64,000 bases of DNA, from the NCBI GenBank assembly GCA_963782915.1, contig CAWALK010000025.1:32001-96000 (forward strand), read 5' to 3'. The notes beneath the pieces were generated by a model. The model was not told the origin of the DNA. It was given only the letters and a program-made list of their open reading frames with translations, and ran no database searches. The stretch is from an uncultured archaeon. Lineage in GTDB: Archaea > Thermoproteota > Bathyarchaeia > Bathyarchaeales > Bathycorpusculaceae. Shown here in pieces: positions 1-12,457 of this stretch. A program made the translations under genes and the position numbers. How positions within the stretch are numbered: the first letter of the stretch is position 1; the number at the start of each line of letters is the position of its first letter.

Positions 1-1312
<1,312 letters not shown>

Positions 1313-1456
1313 CAAATCTCCACCGCAATACAAAACCAAATGCACTTCGTCGTTTTCTTTGGAAGCTCATAGATATGGGTCCTTTAGGTTATAGATAGGC
1401 CATTTGATTTTTATGTTTAGGGTTTTGTAGTGGAATTGTTTGTTGTTTTGGTTTTA

Positions 1457-2197
1457 TTATGTATGCTGTGCAATGGCTGGGTCCGTGCGATGACTTTTTG
1501 GAGTACGCGCCCTATTGCGGGGGTTTAAAAGATTGGGAACCCTAGAAAAAGGCTTACTAGCCACAATCAAAGCGCCAATCAGTATTAAAAAAGGCTTTGC
1601 GATATTTGACGCTCCACATTGTAATCTTATCGTTGATTCTCTGTAGTAGTGAAGCGCATTTTCCACGTGTTACCAAAAGACCCCAACGAGGATTAGAAGC
1701 GGTAAAATATAGATGAAATCGTAGATCAACAAAAGGCGGTTAATCCCATAAAGGGCAACTGTACGCCGATGAGTAGGGCGATTGCTGCGAAGTATGGAAA
1801 AGCCGTGGGTATATCCATGAAGGTGGAGAAGAACCCGAAAAAGAAGGTTTTTGCTGGGCTTAGATTTCTAACTGCACCATTACTTGCCAACGTTGATTGG
1901 TATTTGGAGTTCATTCGGTAAGCTAAAGAAAATAAGAACTGAACCCACTACTATAGAATAGCATACTCAACGGTTCCTAAAGTATAGGTTAATAATCGAG
2001 TTTTAATAATTCACCTAGACCAAAAACGATGAGAAAACCAACAGAAAGTAAGAAACATAAACGCCTAATGCGTGAGCGATAGCCCGCCGTTGTGGTTTCT
2101 GGGTGCCTATGAGCAGAAAAGCTTGTGTAGAGATGGTTGCTGGGTTTAGGCAGTCAACTAAAGCTAGTGAGATTAGTGTAATCAGCAGGTCTATCAT
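1457..2197 (-). CDS. GAP/Sap-family membrane protein, split over several frames (3' end approximate)
   Basis: LALVDCLNPATI N-terminus and DIPTAFPYFAAI motif; fragments 2015-2197, 1726-1914, 1457-1666. Confidence 0.6.
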
Positions 2198-2341
2198 GCG
2201 GGGTCTATTCAGGGTTTTTGTTAATTCGAGAATATAAGGCTACACCACATTTATTTTTGAATAATTTGTGGTTTATTTTGTTGCATTTGATGGTGCTATG
2301 AAGTGTTTACTGAATTGTTGGTTAAACCTGTGTTTCTTAGT

Positions 2342-2433
2342 CTATAAATAAGGGAGGGGTAGGTACCTCTGAGGTAGTAGGTCTAGTCTTTTTGTGCTTT
2401 TTATAGGGGATAGGGGTCGTTGGCAAAGCAGCA
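2342..2433 (+). repeat. Dispersed intergenic repeat, long form, copy A
   Basis: TAAATAAGGGAGGGGTAGG..CTGAGGTAGTAGGTCTAGTCTTTTTGTGCTTTTTATAGGGG..GGGGTCGTTGGCAAAGCAGCA, near-identical to 44951-45041. Confidence 0.85.
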
Positions 2434-2618
2434 GAGCAAACACCCAAAACCAACCGAGCCCAAACACAGCCGCCTGCCAAGTCAAGCGGAAGACGATGGT
2501 ACAGGAGGTCCGCACCATTATCTACTGATAGAGAAGTACCCCAACCAAAAGGCTGCGCAAATTACTTGGAAAATTTTTATATAACCGCCCAAAGACAGGC
2601 TACTTAGAGGAACCTGTT

Positions 2619-2996
2619 TTGTCACAGAATGTTTGGAATAAACCTGTAATCTGTATTTTTAAAGAACGCACAGGAGACCACTGGGAATCTGACCCGTTTG
2701 TGGTTGTTAAAGCTAAACAAGTAACCGTAACCCCGCAAGACAACCAAAAATATGTTGGAGTCCTCACGGACTTCTTTACTCTTATGGGCGATGCAGAGTA
2801 CATTTCTTCAGCCGAAGGCAAAGCCGACCACTATGTAATGTGCTGGTTTGACGACACAGAACCCGACATGACCAAAGACCTCCGCCGATTAAGAGGCGTA
2901 AGGTTCAGCGGCGAAGTAACGCATAGCGAAAACCCCAAAACCCACAAACGAACATACAACGGCACCTTCACGGCAGAACAAGCAAAACTAACCTAA
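2619..2996 (+). CDS. Hypothetical protein
   Basis: 125-aa ORF, GAGG upstream, host-like codon usage. Confidence 0.7.
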   Translation: MSQNVWNKPVICIFKERTGDHWESDPFVVVKAKQVTVTPQDNQKYVGVLTDFFTLMGDAEYISSAEGKADHYVMCWFDDTEPDMTKDLRRLRGVRFSGEVTHSENPKTHKRTYNGTFTAEQAKLT

Positions 2997-3161
2997 ACCC
3001 CTCCCTTATTCAACATAAACTTGTTAAGCTACAGAGGCAGCGCTGCCTCTACCATGCAATAAATCCCCATAATTTATTGAGTTAATTGGCAATTTTATGC
3101 TATTTTTAAACTTACTCTTAAATATAACTTGATAAATTTCTATGGGATAAGGTCGTAGAGA

Positions 3162-3572
3162 ATGGTAGAGCAAAAACTACGCGCTATACTAATTACTGGC
3201 AGGACTATTGAACAGGGCGTTGGAAAAGAGCTTGGAAAAGGCTCCATAGAATACTATGATAGCTGCGCCGTTTGTTTCTTCAACAAAACCGACATGACAA
3301 AACTCGGCATAAAAAACGGCTCAATCGTCAAAGTCACCTCCAAATATGGCTCAGTCATAGTTAAAGCCCAAAAATATCAATGGGGCGTCAACCCAGGAAT
3401 GGTTTTCATACCCTGCGGTTCATGGGCAAACGCAATAACAGGCGACGAAACCTTCAGCATGGGCATGCCACTCTTCAAAGGATTCCCAGTTGAAGTAGAA
3501 GCAGCACCAAACGAGCCCATCATGACCTTAGATGAGCTCTTAATGAAACAGTTTGGAAGGAACAGTTTATGA
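3162..3572 (+). CDS. fwdD: Formylmethanofuran dehydrogenase subunit D
   Basis: LITGRTIEQG, GMVFIPxGxWAN, GMPLFKG motifs; first gene of operon. Confidence 0.92.
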   Translation: MVEQKLRAILITGRTIEQGVGKELGKGSIEYYDSCAVCFFNKTDMTKLGIKNGSIVKVTSKYGSVIVKAQKYQWGVNPGMVFIPCGSWANAITGDETFSMGMPLFKGFPVEVEAAPNEPIMTLDELLMKQFGRNSL

Positions 3573-5135
3573 CCGAAATAAAAAATGTTGTTTGTCCAAT
3601 CTGCGGTTGCCTCTGCGATGACTTAGAAGTCACCGTGGAAAACAACGAAATCGTCAAAATGAAAAACGGATGCGCCGTATGCGAAGCCAAAATGGTACAT
3701 GGCTACAAAAGCGAAGAACGCATCCTAAAACCCATGATAAGAAAAGACGGCAAACTTACACCAGTCACCATGGATGAAGCTGTAAAGAAAGCAGCCCAAA
3801 TCCTCACCGACGCAAAATATCCACTGCTCTTCGGCTGGAGCAGCACTGTGGGCGAAGCACAACGCATCGGCGTCGAATTAGCCGAAGAACTCGGATCAGC
3901 ACTAGACAACTGCTGCAGCGTCTGCCACGGACCATCCGTCATGGCAACACAAGAAATCGGCATACCCGCAGCAACACTAGGCCAAATCCGCCACAGAGCA
4001 GACTTAATCGTTTACTGGGCATGCAACCCATGGACAAGCCACCCACGCCACGTAGAACGCTACACCGCGTTCACCGACGGCCGCTTCGAAGGCAGCGAAT
4101 GGAAAAGCTACATGAACAAAATGAAAGCAGGCGCAAGCCGCAAAAAAATGGAAGTAGCCTCCAAACGCATCGACCGCGAAGAAGCACACATTAACCCACA
4201 AGTAGACATCAACGGCCCTCCACCACAAACACTACTGAAAGCCAGGCCGCAAAATGATTGTAGTCGATGTAAGAAAAACCATGACTGCAGAAGCAGCCGA
4301 CTACTTCATGCAAATCGAACCCAACCGCGACTACGACGTAATCGAAGCCCTACGCTGTCTAGTTCAAGATCAAGAATTAGATGTTGAAAAAGTCGGCGGA
4401 GTCCCAGTTGAATACCTGAGAGATGTCGCGGATGCCATGGTGAGTTGTGAATTCGGTGTAATTTACTTCGGACTTGGCATGACTCAAACTTTAGGCCGAT
4501 TCAGAAACATCGAAGTCGCCATCGCACTAGCAAGGGACCTTAACCGCAAAACAAAATTCATCATTTCACCCATGCGTGGACACTTCAACGTCACAGGCGC
4601 AAACACCGTGTTTGCTTGGCAAACAGGTTACCCATACGCAATTGACTTCTCACAGGGGTATCCACAATTTAACCCCGGAGAAAACACAGCCGTCGACCTA
4701 CTCAAACGAGGCGACAACGACGCAACACTAGTCATCTCCGCAGACCCAGGCGCCCACTTCCCCAAAGTCACCATGCAAAACATGATGAAGCACCCACTCA
4801 TCACCATCAACCCAGACATGAACGCCATCTCACGCTTAGGCGACGTCGTGTTCCCAGCACAATGGTGCGGCATAGAATACGAAGGCACAGCATACCGCAT
4901 GGATTCAGTCCCAATCACACTCAAAAAAGTAGTAGAAGCACCACCGGGAATCTTAACTGACGAGGAACTTTTAATTCGCATACTTGCTGAAGTCCGCGCA
5001 ATCAAAACCAAACGGGGCGAACCAGTCGAGCAATCCGAGTTAAAGTTTGCTCACCAACCTGATGCTCCCAGAGTATGCCCTGTTCCGGCAGCTAAACCTA
5101 AAAAAACAGTTAAAAAGCACAAGGAGTCCGCTTAA
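3569..5135 (+). CDS. fwdB: Formylmethanofuran dehydrogenase subunit B (Cys form; frameshift near 4240)
   Basis: CPICGCLCDD, SVCHGP (TGC, not TGA), HPRH, PMRGHFNVTG, EGTAYRMD. Confidence 0.93.
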
Positions 5136-6836
5136 ATGACTGAGATATTAATTAAAAACGGCTTTGTAGTTGACCCACTAAACAAGATTAACTGCCAAAA
5201 GATGGATATAGCCATCAAAGACGGCAAAATCGTAGAGAAAGTCAACGAGAAAACCGCGCAGATAATCGATGCTTCTGGCTTAACAGTTATGGCTGGCGGA
5301 GTAGACATCCACAGTCACGTAGCCGGCGCAGAAGTTAACATGGGCCGCATGATCCGCCCCGAAGACCACTACAAAGACCCAGTACACAAAACAACCATCA
5401 CACGCGCAGGCACAGGCTACTCAATCCCATCCACCTTCGTCACAGGCTACCGCTACTCAGAGATGGGTTACACCTCAGTCTTCAACGGCTCCATAGCACC
5501 GCTCAAAGCTAAACATGCCCATGAAGAATTAAACGACATACCCCTAATGGACAAAGCAACTTACGTTTTAACAGGCGACTGGTGGTTTGTCCTCGAACAA
5601 CTCGCAAAAGGCGACATAGACGAATGCGCCCGCCGTGTCTCATGGTTAATGAACGCCTCCAAAGGCTATGCAATCAAAGTTGTTAACCCCGGTGGCTTAG
5701 AAGCTTGGGGTTTCGGACACAACGTTCACAGCATCGACGATGTGGTGCCTAACTTCGGCATTACCCCACGTGAAATCATGCGTGGATTAATCAAAGTTAA
5801 CAAGATACTCAACATGCCCCACACAATCCACCTGCACACTAACAATCTAGGTATACCTGGCAACTACCAAACCACACTGGATACCATGAAAGCGCTAGAA
5901 GACTTATCCACTGACGGTAAACCAGTCTGCCACATTACCCACATTCAATTTGCCAGTTTCAAAGGCGAAAACTGGGGCAAATTCAAATCAGGCGCAGAAG
6001 AAATCGCCAACTACATGAACGCCCACAATCACATTACATTAGACATGGGTCAAGTAACATTCAAGGACACCACAACCATGACCGCTGACGGGCCATTCGA
6101 GTTCTCACTCTACGAGCTAGGCGGACACAACAAATGGGTAAACAGCGACGTTGAAACTGAAAGCAGCGGCGGCATCATACCCTTCCACTACAAGAAAAAC
6201 AGCCCCGTCAACGCATTACAGTGGTCAATCGGCTTAGAAATCGCTCTACTCATCAAGGATCCATGGAAAATCTTCATGACCACAGACCACCCCAACGGCG
6301 GACCATTCTACGATTACCCCAAAGTCCTCTCTTGGCTATACAGCAAAAAAGCACGTGAAGCAACACTTGCAAAATGCCACAAGAGCGCCAAGCGAAAAAG
6401 TTTACTCCCATCAATCGACCGCGAATTGAGCCTCTACGAAATCGCCATCATGACCCGCGCTGGAACCGCCAAAGCCTTAGGGTTACCCAACAAAGGCCAC
6501 TTAGGCGTCGGCGCAGATGCAGACATTGCAATCTTTAACATTAACCCAGAAACCCAAGACATCGCCCAGAAATTCAGAACCGCCCGCAAAGCCTTCGCCA
6601 ACACAGCATACACAATCAAAGACGGCACAGTAGTCGTCAAAGACGGCCAAGTAGTTAACGGCCAAGTCCCAGGCAGAACCCTGTGGGTTGATTCACAAAC
6701 AAAGGACCCATGCGAGATTGACGAAGAAATGAAGCGCAGATTCAAAGAATACTGGACAATCGAATACGAAAACTACGCAGTCACAGACCACTACGTTAAG
6801 GTTTCAGACAAATTAAGCATAAAGGCAAGTGTCTAA
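5136..6836 (+). CDS. fwdA: Formylmethanofuran dehydrogenase subunit A (amidohydrolase)
   Basis: GGVDIHSHVAG, RPEDH, KVVNPGG, TTDHPNGGPF. Confidence 0.96.
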   Translation: MTEILIKNGFVVDPLNKINCQKMDIAIKDGKIVEKVNEKTAQIIDASGLTVMAGGVDIHSHVAGAEVNMGRMIRPEDHYKDPVHKTTITRAGTGYSIPSTFVTGYRYSEMGYTSVFNGSIAPLKAKHAHEELNDIPLMDKATYVLTGDWWFVLEQLAKGDIDECARRVSWLMNASKGYAIKVVNPGGLEAWGFGHNVHSIDDVVPNFGITPREIMRGLIKVNKILNMPHTIHLHTNNLGIPGNYQTTLDTMKALEDLSTDGKPVCHITHIQFASFKGENWGKFKSGAEEIANYMNAHNHITLDMGQVTFKDTTTMTADGPFEFSLYELGGHNKWVNSDVETESSGGIIPFHYKKNSPVNALQWSIGLEIALLIKDPWKIFMTTDHPNGGPFYDYPKVLSWLYSKKAREATLAKCHKSAKRKSLLPSIDRELSLYEIAIMTRAGTAKALGLPNKGHLGVGADADIAIFNINPETQDIAQKFRTARKAFANTAYTIKDGTVVVKDGQVVNGQVPGRTLWVDSQTKDPCEIDEEMKRRFKEYWTIEYENYAVTDHYVKVSDKLSIKASV

Positions 6837-6838
6837 AC

Positions 6839-7648
6839 ATGATAACCCTAACACCTCTTAGAGCATTCGATGTTCCAATCCAAGCACCCTGCATAACACC
6901 CGAAAACTTTACAGGCAAAAGCGTTGCAGAAATCGCGAAAATGCCCCTAACAGAAGGCGTCCGAAACCTAACCTTAGCTGACCTCTTCAAAATCGAACAG
7001 AGCCCAGCTGAGACCCCGAGCATCACCATAAACGGCGAATGCAGTAAAGTCAAACGCGTCGGCCAAGGCATGAAAACCGGCGAAATCGTCGTAAACGGCA
7101 ACATCGGTATGCACACAGGCGAAAAAATGAATGGCGGCAAAATCACAGTAAACGGCAACAGCGGCGGATGGACAGGCAGCGAAATGAAAAAAGGCATCAT
7201 CGAAATCCACGGCGACGCAGGCGACTATACCGCTTCACCTTACAGAGGCAACGACCTCGGAATGAAAGGCGGCTTAATCACCGTTGACGGCAACGTCGGT
7301 ACAGATGTCGGCTGCTATCTCCAAGGCGGCATCATAAAAATCAAAGGCAACGCAGGCAGATTCCTCGGATTCCACATGAGCGAAGGCGCAATCTACGTTG
7401 AAAAAGACTGCGATGTCCGCACAGGCGCACTTATGAACGGCGGCAAAATCGTTGTCGGAGGCAAACTGGAAATCTTGCCCTCATTCACTATCGACAGCGT
7501 TAAACCTAAAGTCAAAGTGGACGATACCCTAAACGTGCCAGGACCATTCTATGTGTTCCTTGGCGACTTGTCTGAGCATGGCACCGGCAAAATCTTCGCT
7601 AACAAAGCAAACAATCCTGACCTTAAATTCTACGAGAAATACCTCTAA
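6839..7648 (+). CDS. fwdC: Formylmethanofuran dehydrogenase subunit C
   Basis: GxxMxGGxIxVxGN beta-helix repeats. Confidence 0.95.
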   Translation: MITLTPLRAFDVPIQAPCITPENFTGKSVAEIAKMPLTEGVRNLTLADLFKIEQSPAETPSITINGECSKVKRVGQGMKTGEIVVNGNIGMHTGEKMNGGKITVNGNSGGWTGSEMKKGIIEIHGDAGDYTASPYRGNDLGMKGGLITVDGNVGTDVGCYLQGGIIKIKGNAGRFLGFHMSEGAIYVEKDCDVRTGALMNGGKIVVGGKLEILPSFTIDSVKPKVKVDDTLNVPGPFYVFLGDLSEHGTGKIFANKANNPDLKFYEKYL

Positions 7649-7725
7649 ACCTTCTTTGGCGACGCGTTTTGCGTTAGCCACACAACTTTTCATTTCTTAA
7701 AAATGCTAAAGAATAGATTGCTAAT

Positions 7726-8040
7726 TTACCATCGCTTTTTTCGCTCGCCACTCAATTCACGAGTCAATACCCCAACGAAGTCCTGATGCTTCCTAAGTAT
7801 GTCATGCCATATGTGGCCTTTCTCAGTCAAAACAAATCCCTCATCTTTGTTTCCGGATATTAGTTTGTTCTGCTGTAGGTACTCTATTGTGTTATCTGTT
7901 TGGTATTGGTTACCTGCCCGTCTGTATACATCATACCAGACTGCTTTGCCCTTCTGAGTTTCTGCCGACTGGATAATGTCCAAGTATTCTTTGAGTCTTT
8001 CAGCCGCTCTAGAGGGTGGCGGCGAATGGGTTCGCGGCAT
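7726..8040 (-). CDS. Winged-helix-like small protein
   Basis: C-terminal FVLTEKG wing motif. Confidence 0.55.
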   Translation of the reverse strand: MPRTHSPPPSRAAERLKEYLDIIQSAETQKGKAVWYDVYRRAGNQYQTDNTIEYLQQNKLISGNKDEGFVLTEKGHIWHDILRKHQDFVGVLTRELSGERKKRW

Positions 8041-8043
8041 TAC

Positions 8044-8427
8044 TTAATCCCGTTTTGCTTTCTGTTCTCTGTATTCTTTCACTCGGAGACTTTTTTCGAG
8101 GCTAAACAATGTTTGGTATCGTGCATTGAGTTTGCTATAGCGATATAGTACACATGCGCCAGCGCCTATCGGTATCAAATTGACAAATATTACCCATATT
8201 GCAAGGAATCCGATGTTTGATAAGTCGATGCTGCCTGTTAGGTATAAGTAGAAGTCTAAGCCCAAACCGAATGCCAGCATGTAAAATCCCAGAAGGAAAT
8301 ATGCCGATACTGCCTCGTTTAGGTCTTTGGCGATTGTTCGGGCATCCTTTGAAAGCTCATCGTATACTATGTTTAGTGCTTTTAAGTCAGAGTCTATGGC
8401 TTGATTTTCATTTGACATATACTTCAT
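8044..8427 (-). CDS. Hypothetical membrane protein (2 TM)
   Basis: Two hydrophobic helices; coupled to downstream ORF. Confidence 0.6.
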   Translation of the reverse strand: MKYMSNENQAIDSDLKALNIVYDELSKDARTIAKDLNEAVSAYFLLGFYMLAFGLGLDFYLYLTGSIDLSNIGFLAIWVIFVNLIPIGAGACVLYRYSKLNARYQTLFSLEKSLRVKEYREQKAKRD

Positions 8428-8579
8428 CTGTTTACTCTATAGAGTGGCTGCTCGGTTATTTCTGGTTAATTCTATACATTAGTTCATGCTAATTTCTACA
8501 CGTTTATTCCGGTTAAGTTAGAGCCGAATAACTTATCAGGTGGGTTAGACTCAAAAAAGCAATACAAGAGGATACTGTT

Positions 8580-9366
8580 ATGCGTCAAGTTGACATGACA
8601 AGGCTTGACTTATCAACAAGAACAGCAGTAAAAATGCGTGATTACGTCGCTGAAGAGGTTCCGCTGCAAATCACCGTTAACGGCGCTTACTCTTTTGTTA
8701 TTTGGTCTTCTCCTTCACAGTTTAAAGAGTTGGCGGTGGGTCACTTATTCGCCGAAGACATCCTGCGTAACGCAGATGAAATCGAGTCATTAACCTCTAA
8801 CGAAGCAAACAACACCTGTCAATTGCAGCTAAAACCCAGCATAAACCTCGACGAACGCCTCAAAAACCAGCGCCGAGGCACCCGCATAATCCCACTCATT
8901 AAAGCCAGCCACCTCAGCTTATCAACACGACGAAAAATTAATCGCTGTAAAATCCGATTTAACGATTAAAGCCCAAGTCATACTCGACGCCGTTAATCAA
9001 ATGAACGAAAAAGCCCTGGGCTTCAAAGAAACCGGCGGCTTACATGACTCAGGCATCTTCAAAGCAGACGGCACAATGGTTGCCTTCTCCGAAGACGTCG
9101 GCAGACACAACACCGTAGACAAAGTCATCGGGCAAGCATTGCTTAACAGGGAAAATTTTGCTGAATGCTTCATGTTTATCACGGGTCGTGTGCCGGGAGA
9201 CATGATTTACAAGGCAGCCAAAGTCGGTTTACCCATAGTGGCTTCGGGGGCGGCAGTGCTGAACTCAGGGATTTCATCGGCTGAAAAAGCAAACATTACA
9301 TTGGTTGGGTTTGTGCGGGGCAAACGCATGAACATCTACACTTGCCCGGAACGGATTCTTCTCTAA
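8580..9366 (+). CDS. fdhD: FdhD/NarQ sulfurtransferase accessory protein (frameshift near 8915)
   Basis: VAEEVPL, TGGLH, EDVGRHNTVDKVIG, TLVGFVRG. Confidence 0.9.
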
Positions 9367-10376
9367 GCACCGATTTTTTCTATGCAAAACGCTTTATCAG
9401 CAAGAGCTCGTTGTGCAAGTGATGTGCAATCGTTTGCTGTGTAAGCTTCCGCTTCTTTTCCGTAGTTTTCTGCTGCTTTTGCATAGGTTTGTTTTGCTAC
9501 GGTTTTTTTGGATAGTTTGAGTTGGGTTTCGCCGAGTTTTTCCTCGCTTAGTGCAGCCCAGAAAACAAGTTTATTCGCTTCAAAGTGGCAGGCGCAGTCG
9601 GCGAAAACAGGCAGAGCCTCCAAAAATTTGCCTTCACCGAGTAACTTTTGCCCATCCCTCAACTGTTGTAGTTGCTCAACCGGTAGGTTTGCTCTGTGGA
9701 AGCAGACGTCCTCAATAACTGGTCCTTCGATTGAGCGGGTTTTGAGGTTGGCGAGGTCTTCTTGGGAGTTAATGTTAACAAAACTTTTGAGTTCAGGGTC
9801 CAAGTTGCGGATTTGTTGAAGCGGCGAAACCAGATGGAGCGTGCTTGAGCTTCTTATGATGCCGTCTGCGTTGGCTCTGTTGAGTGCACAAAGCGTCAGC
9901 GCGGTTTCGATGCAGCTTTCCCGTTCTATTGCCATGAGTAGGGTTTCGATTGTGCCGTCTGGCCAGATTGGAACCGCCACGTTATAGTTTTTGCAGGCTT
10001 CAAGGAGGTAGTCGGCAACTTGTGGTTTTAAAAAGGGCATGTCCGTTGGCACTATGAGGCAGTATTGGGCGTTGGTTGCCTGTAATCCCGATGCTATGGC
10101 TAGGAGCGGTCCTTGGACTGGGCTGTTTTGTTGGTCCACTACAAACCTGACTTTTCCCGTTGCTTGTTTTTCTAGAAGCTGCTTGTATTGGGTTAAGCGT
10201 TGTTCATCGTTAACGCATACAAGAATCTCGTCTACAACGCCCTTTAAGTTCTCGATAACATGTACCAGAAGCGGTTTGCCATCGACTTCTGCGAGCGCTT
10301 TATCCTGCCACTGATTTGATGTTTGGAACCGTTTAGCGCTACCACCTGCTAAAATCAGCGCAGCATGATTACCCAT
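9363..10376 (-). CDS. mobA: Molybdenum cofactor guanylyltransferase with C-terminal helical extension
   Basis: LILAGGSAKRF, DKAL, GPLLAI, DMPFL, FVNINSQEDL. Confidence 0.88.
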   Translation of the reverse strand: MGNHAALILAGGSAKRFQTSNQWQDKALAEVDGKPLLVHVIENLKGVVDEILVCVNDEQRLTQYKQLLEKQATGKVRFVVDQQNSPVQGPLLAIASGLQATNAQYCLIVPTDMPFLKPQVADYLLEACKNYNVAVPIWPDGTIETLLMAIERESCIETALTLCALNRANADGIIRSSSTLHLVSPLQQIRNLDPELKSFVNINSQEDLANLKTRSIEGPVIEDVCFHRANLPVEQLQQLRDGQKLLGEGKFLEALPVFADCACHFEANKLVFWAALSEEKLGETQLKLSKKTVAKQTYAKAAENYGKEAEAYTANDCTSLAQRALADKAFCIEKIGA

Positions 10377-10385
10377 AGTTTTCCC

Positions 10386-10941
10386 CTAAAGAGATGCGTC
10401 CAGTCTGTTTCTGATTAGTTTAACGAGTTTTTCCCCGTCTTTGGGCACTTTGATTAGGGGGATTTCGCCGAAGCATTCTTCGGTGCTGTTTTCGGCTACT
10501 ACGCCTGTTACGGCTAAAATTGGGGGTACTGTGCCCTGCAATGTTCTTTCCAGGTCGGCTTGGTCTTTTGCCGTTAATGATTTTCGGTATATCTGCGCGT
10601 TTGGCGATTAAGTTGTGGAATCCTTCGATGAAGATTATGTCGAGTTTCTCTTTTTCTAGTAAGCTTAGGATTTTGTCGAGGTCGTTTAGTTCGCGGCCGG
10701 TTTTTTTGATGATGTCGATTTCCGTGGGGGAAATGGCGACGACGACTTTAGATCCTGCTTGGGCATAACGCCATGTGTTGGTGCCTTCTCGGTCGATGGA
10801 GAAGTCTTTGTGGTGTATGTGTTTGATGGCTCCGACACTGAGCCCTTCGTCCGAGAAGCGGCTGATTAAATACTCGATGGTCGTTGTTTTTCCTGAACCG
10901 CTCTGCCCCACTGCGGCGACAATTAAAACCGTACGTTTCAC
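10386..10941 (-). CDS. mobB: Molybdopterin-guanine dinucleotide biosynthesis protein B (frameshift near 10575)
   Basis: GQSGSGKTT, IKHIHH, IFIEGF. Confidence 0.9.
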
Positions 10942-11042
10942 GCTCTCCTTGAGTCAACGGCTTTGGCGTATAATAAATTATGCCCAACACATGAAGCCTC
11001 AACGATCGGGCGAAGGCGATCAGGAGGTCTTTTGCTCGGAGC

Positions 11043-11122
11043 ACCTACCCCCTCCCTTATTTAAAGGATAAATAGGGTATCTTCTGTTGCTCTGCCGCTA
11101 CCCCCCTCCCCTTATATATAGA
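11043..11122 (-). repeat. Two partial/short copies of the dispersed G-rich repeat
   Basis: ACCTACCCCCTCCCTTATTTA and TGTTGCTCTGCC..CCCCCCTCCCCTTATATATAG match the two ends of the long repeat in reverse complement. Confidence 0.65.
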
Positions 11123-11370
11123 CTGAATTCTGAATAACTTTGCAAACAATGACAGCAATGAACAGCGCAATGAAGTCGGGCACTAGCATGGCCCATTCGA
11201 TATCTTAGCCCGTCACCACCAGAAAAGCAGCCGCCAACCGATAAGCCATCTTGTACCACCCGTGGCACAACACAAAGGACCACAAAAACAAAACCGCCCA
11301 CACACCAACCCACACCCTATAAACAAACCCCACAAACAAAAAACACAACAAAAGAAGCATGTTCAAACAA

Positions 11371-11463
11371 CATCTAGATAATTATGCAAAGTAAGATCCC
11401 TTAAGAACCGATCACTTGCGTCTCTGTAGAATGTTATCGGTTCAAATCCGATCGACCCCACCA
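11371..11463 (+). pseudogene. Degenerate tRNA (intact 3' half, Val-like D-arm relic)
   Basis: T-arm ATCGG-TTCAAAT-CCGAT (11436-11452), 3' acceptor strand CGACCCC-A-CCA (11453-11463); no matching GGGGTCG 5' strand and no anticodon loop upstream. Confidence 0.75.
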
Positions 11464-11688
11464 AACCATCCACACACACGGTTTGCCAACGACTCACGGC
11501 TTGATTAAGCAATAAATAGCAGTTAAGTGCTTGGTTCAACTGCTGACGGCAGCACAGCGGTTGCACATACACAGCCTGCCAAGCATAAGCGGTAAATAGC
11601 CAGCTAATCTACAGTATGACAATCTATAGACTTTCTGAGTGTATTCGGAAAGCAACAATTTCTTAAAAAATGAAAAAGGTAGTGGTTC

Positions 11689-12206
11689 TTATAATTGAAC
11701 CACCGATACTTGAATTCTGTATTGTCCTACTGGAGCACTGTCTCTAAACGTCAAGCCGATTCCTATATGGGCGGTTTGTCCAGGATTCATTGGTTCATTA
11801 AAGCCTATGTCTGATGGAAGAAACATAATGTATGTTAACACACTGCCTAACGTCGTTGGACCTGATGCTGGATTGACCAATGGGTCGCGTTGTAGAATGA
11901 AAATTGGGCTTGAAGGACTCGATTGGTCTGAACTGGTAATTGGTGAAGGCGGAAATATCTTCACTTCTAATCTAACTTTGGTGTATGCGTTTGGAGAGAC
12001 ATTTTGCACTGAGACATTGTATACATATTCATTGTTCTTGATCATCGTTGCCGTATTGGGATCTGTACCTACCCAACTTACAACGAAGGGTTGATCACTG
12101 ACCGTAAAGGTGCTTGATAGGGTATTGCTTAATATTAAAGCACCTAAGGTAGTTGGTATGAGGACTGCGAGAAGTGACAGCGCTATCAGCATTCTTTTCT
12201 TACGCG
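11689..12206 (-). CDS. Secreted/membrane-anchored beta-rich protein, paralog 1
   Basis: Basic N-terminus plus hydrophobic helix; shares LTFRDSAPVGQY with 12458-12991; SD GGAGGTGA followed by ACG. Confidence 0.75.
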
Positions 12207-12457
12207 TTTTTTCACCTCCCCAGAAGAAATTTAACAAAGAACCGATGGCTAAACTAAGACAAGTCAAATACGAAAAATCCTAAAAAGGCAGGCATTCTTA
12301 GCGTCGATTCTTTTGAGTACCCATCAATAGGTATCTTACCCATAGAATATAAGCGGTTGCTGGAACAAACTGTAACACTATCAGTTAAAACTCCTAAAAA
12401 AGGGGTAATAAGAGAAGATTAGAATATAGCCTGACGGCGTTCAATACTCCGCTTGTC

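Noticed and set aside
2413-2433. GGGGTCGT in the dispersed repeat as the missing 5' half of the tRNA relic
   Set aside because: The following sequence does not form a D-arm, and copy C lacks the motif
3910-3935. Sec-type FwdB (FwuB)
   Set aside because: The metal-ligand position is TGC (SVCHG)
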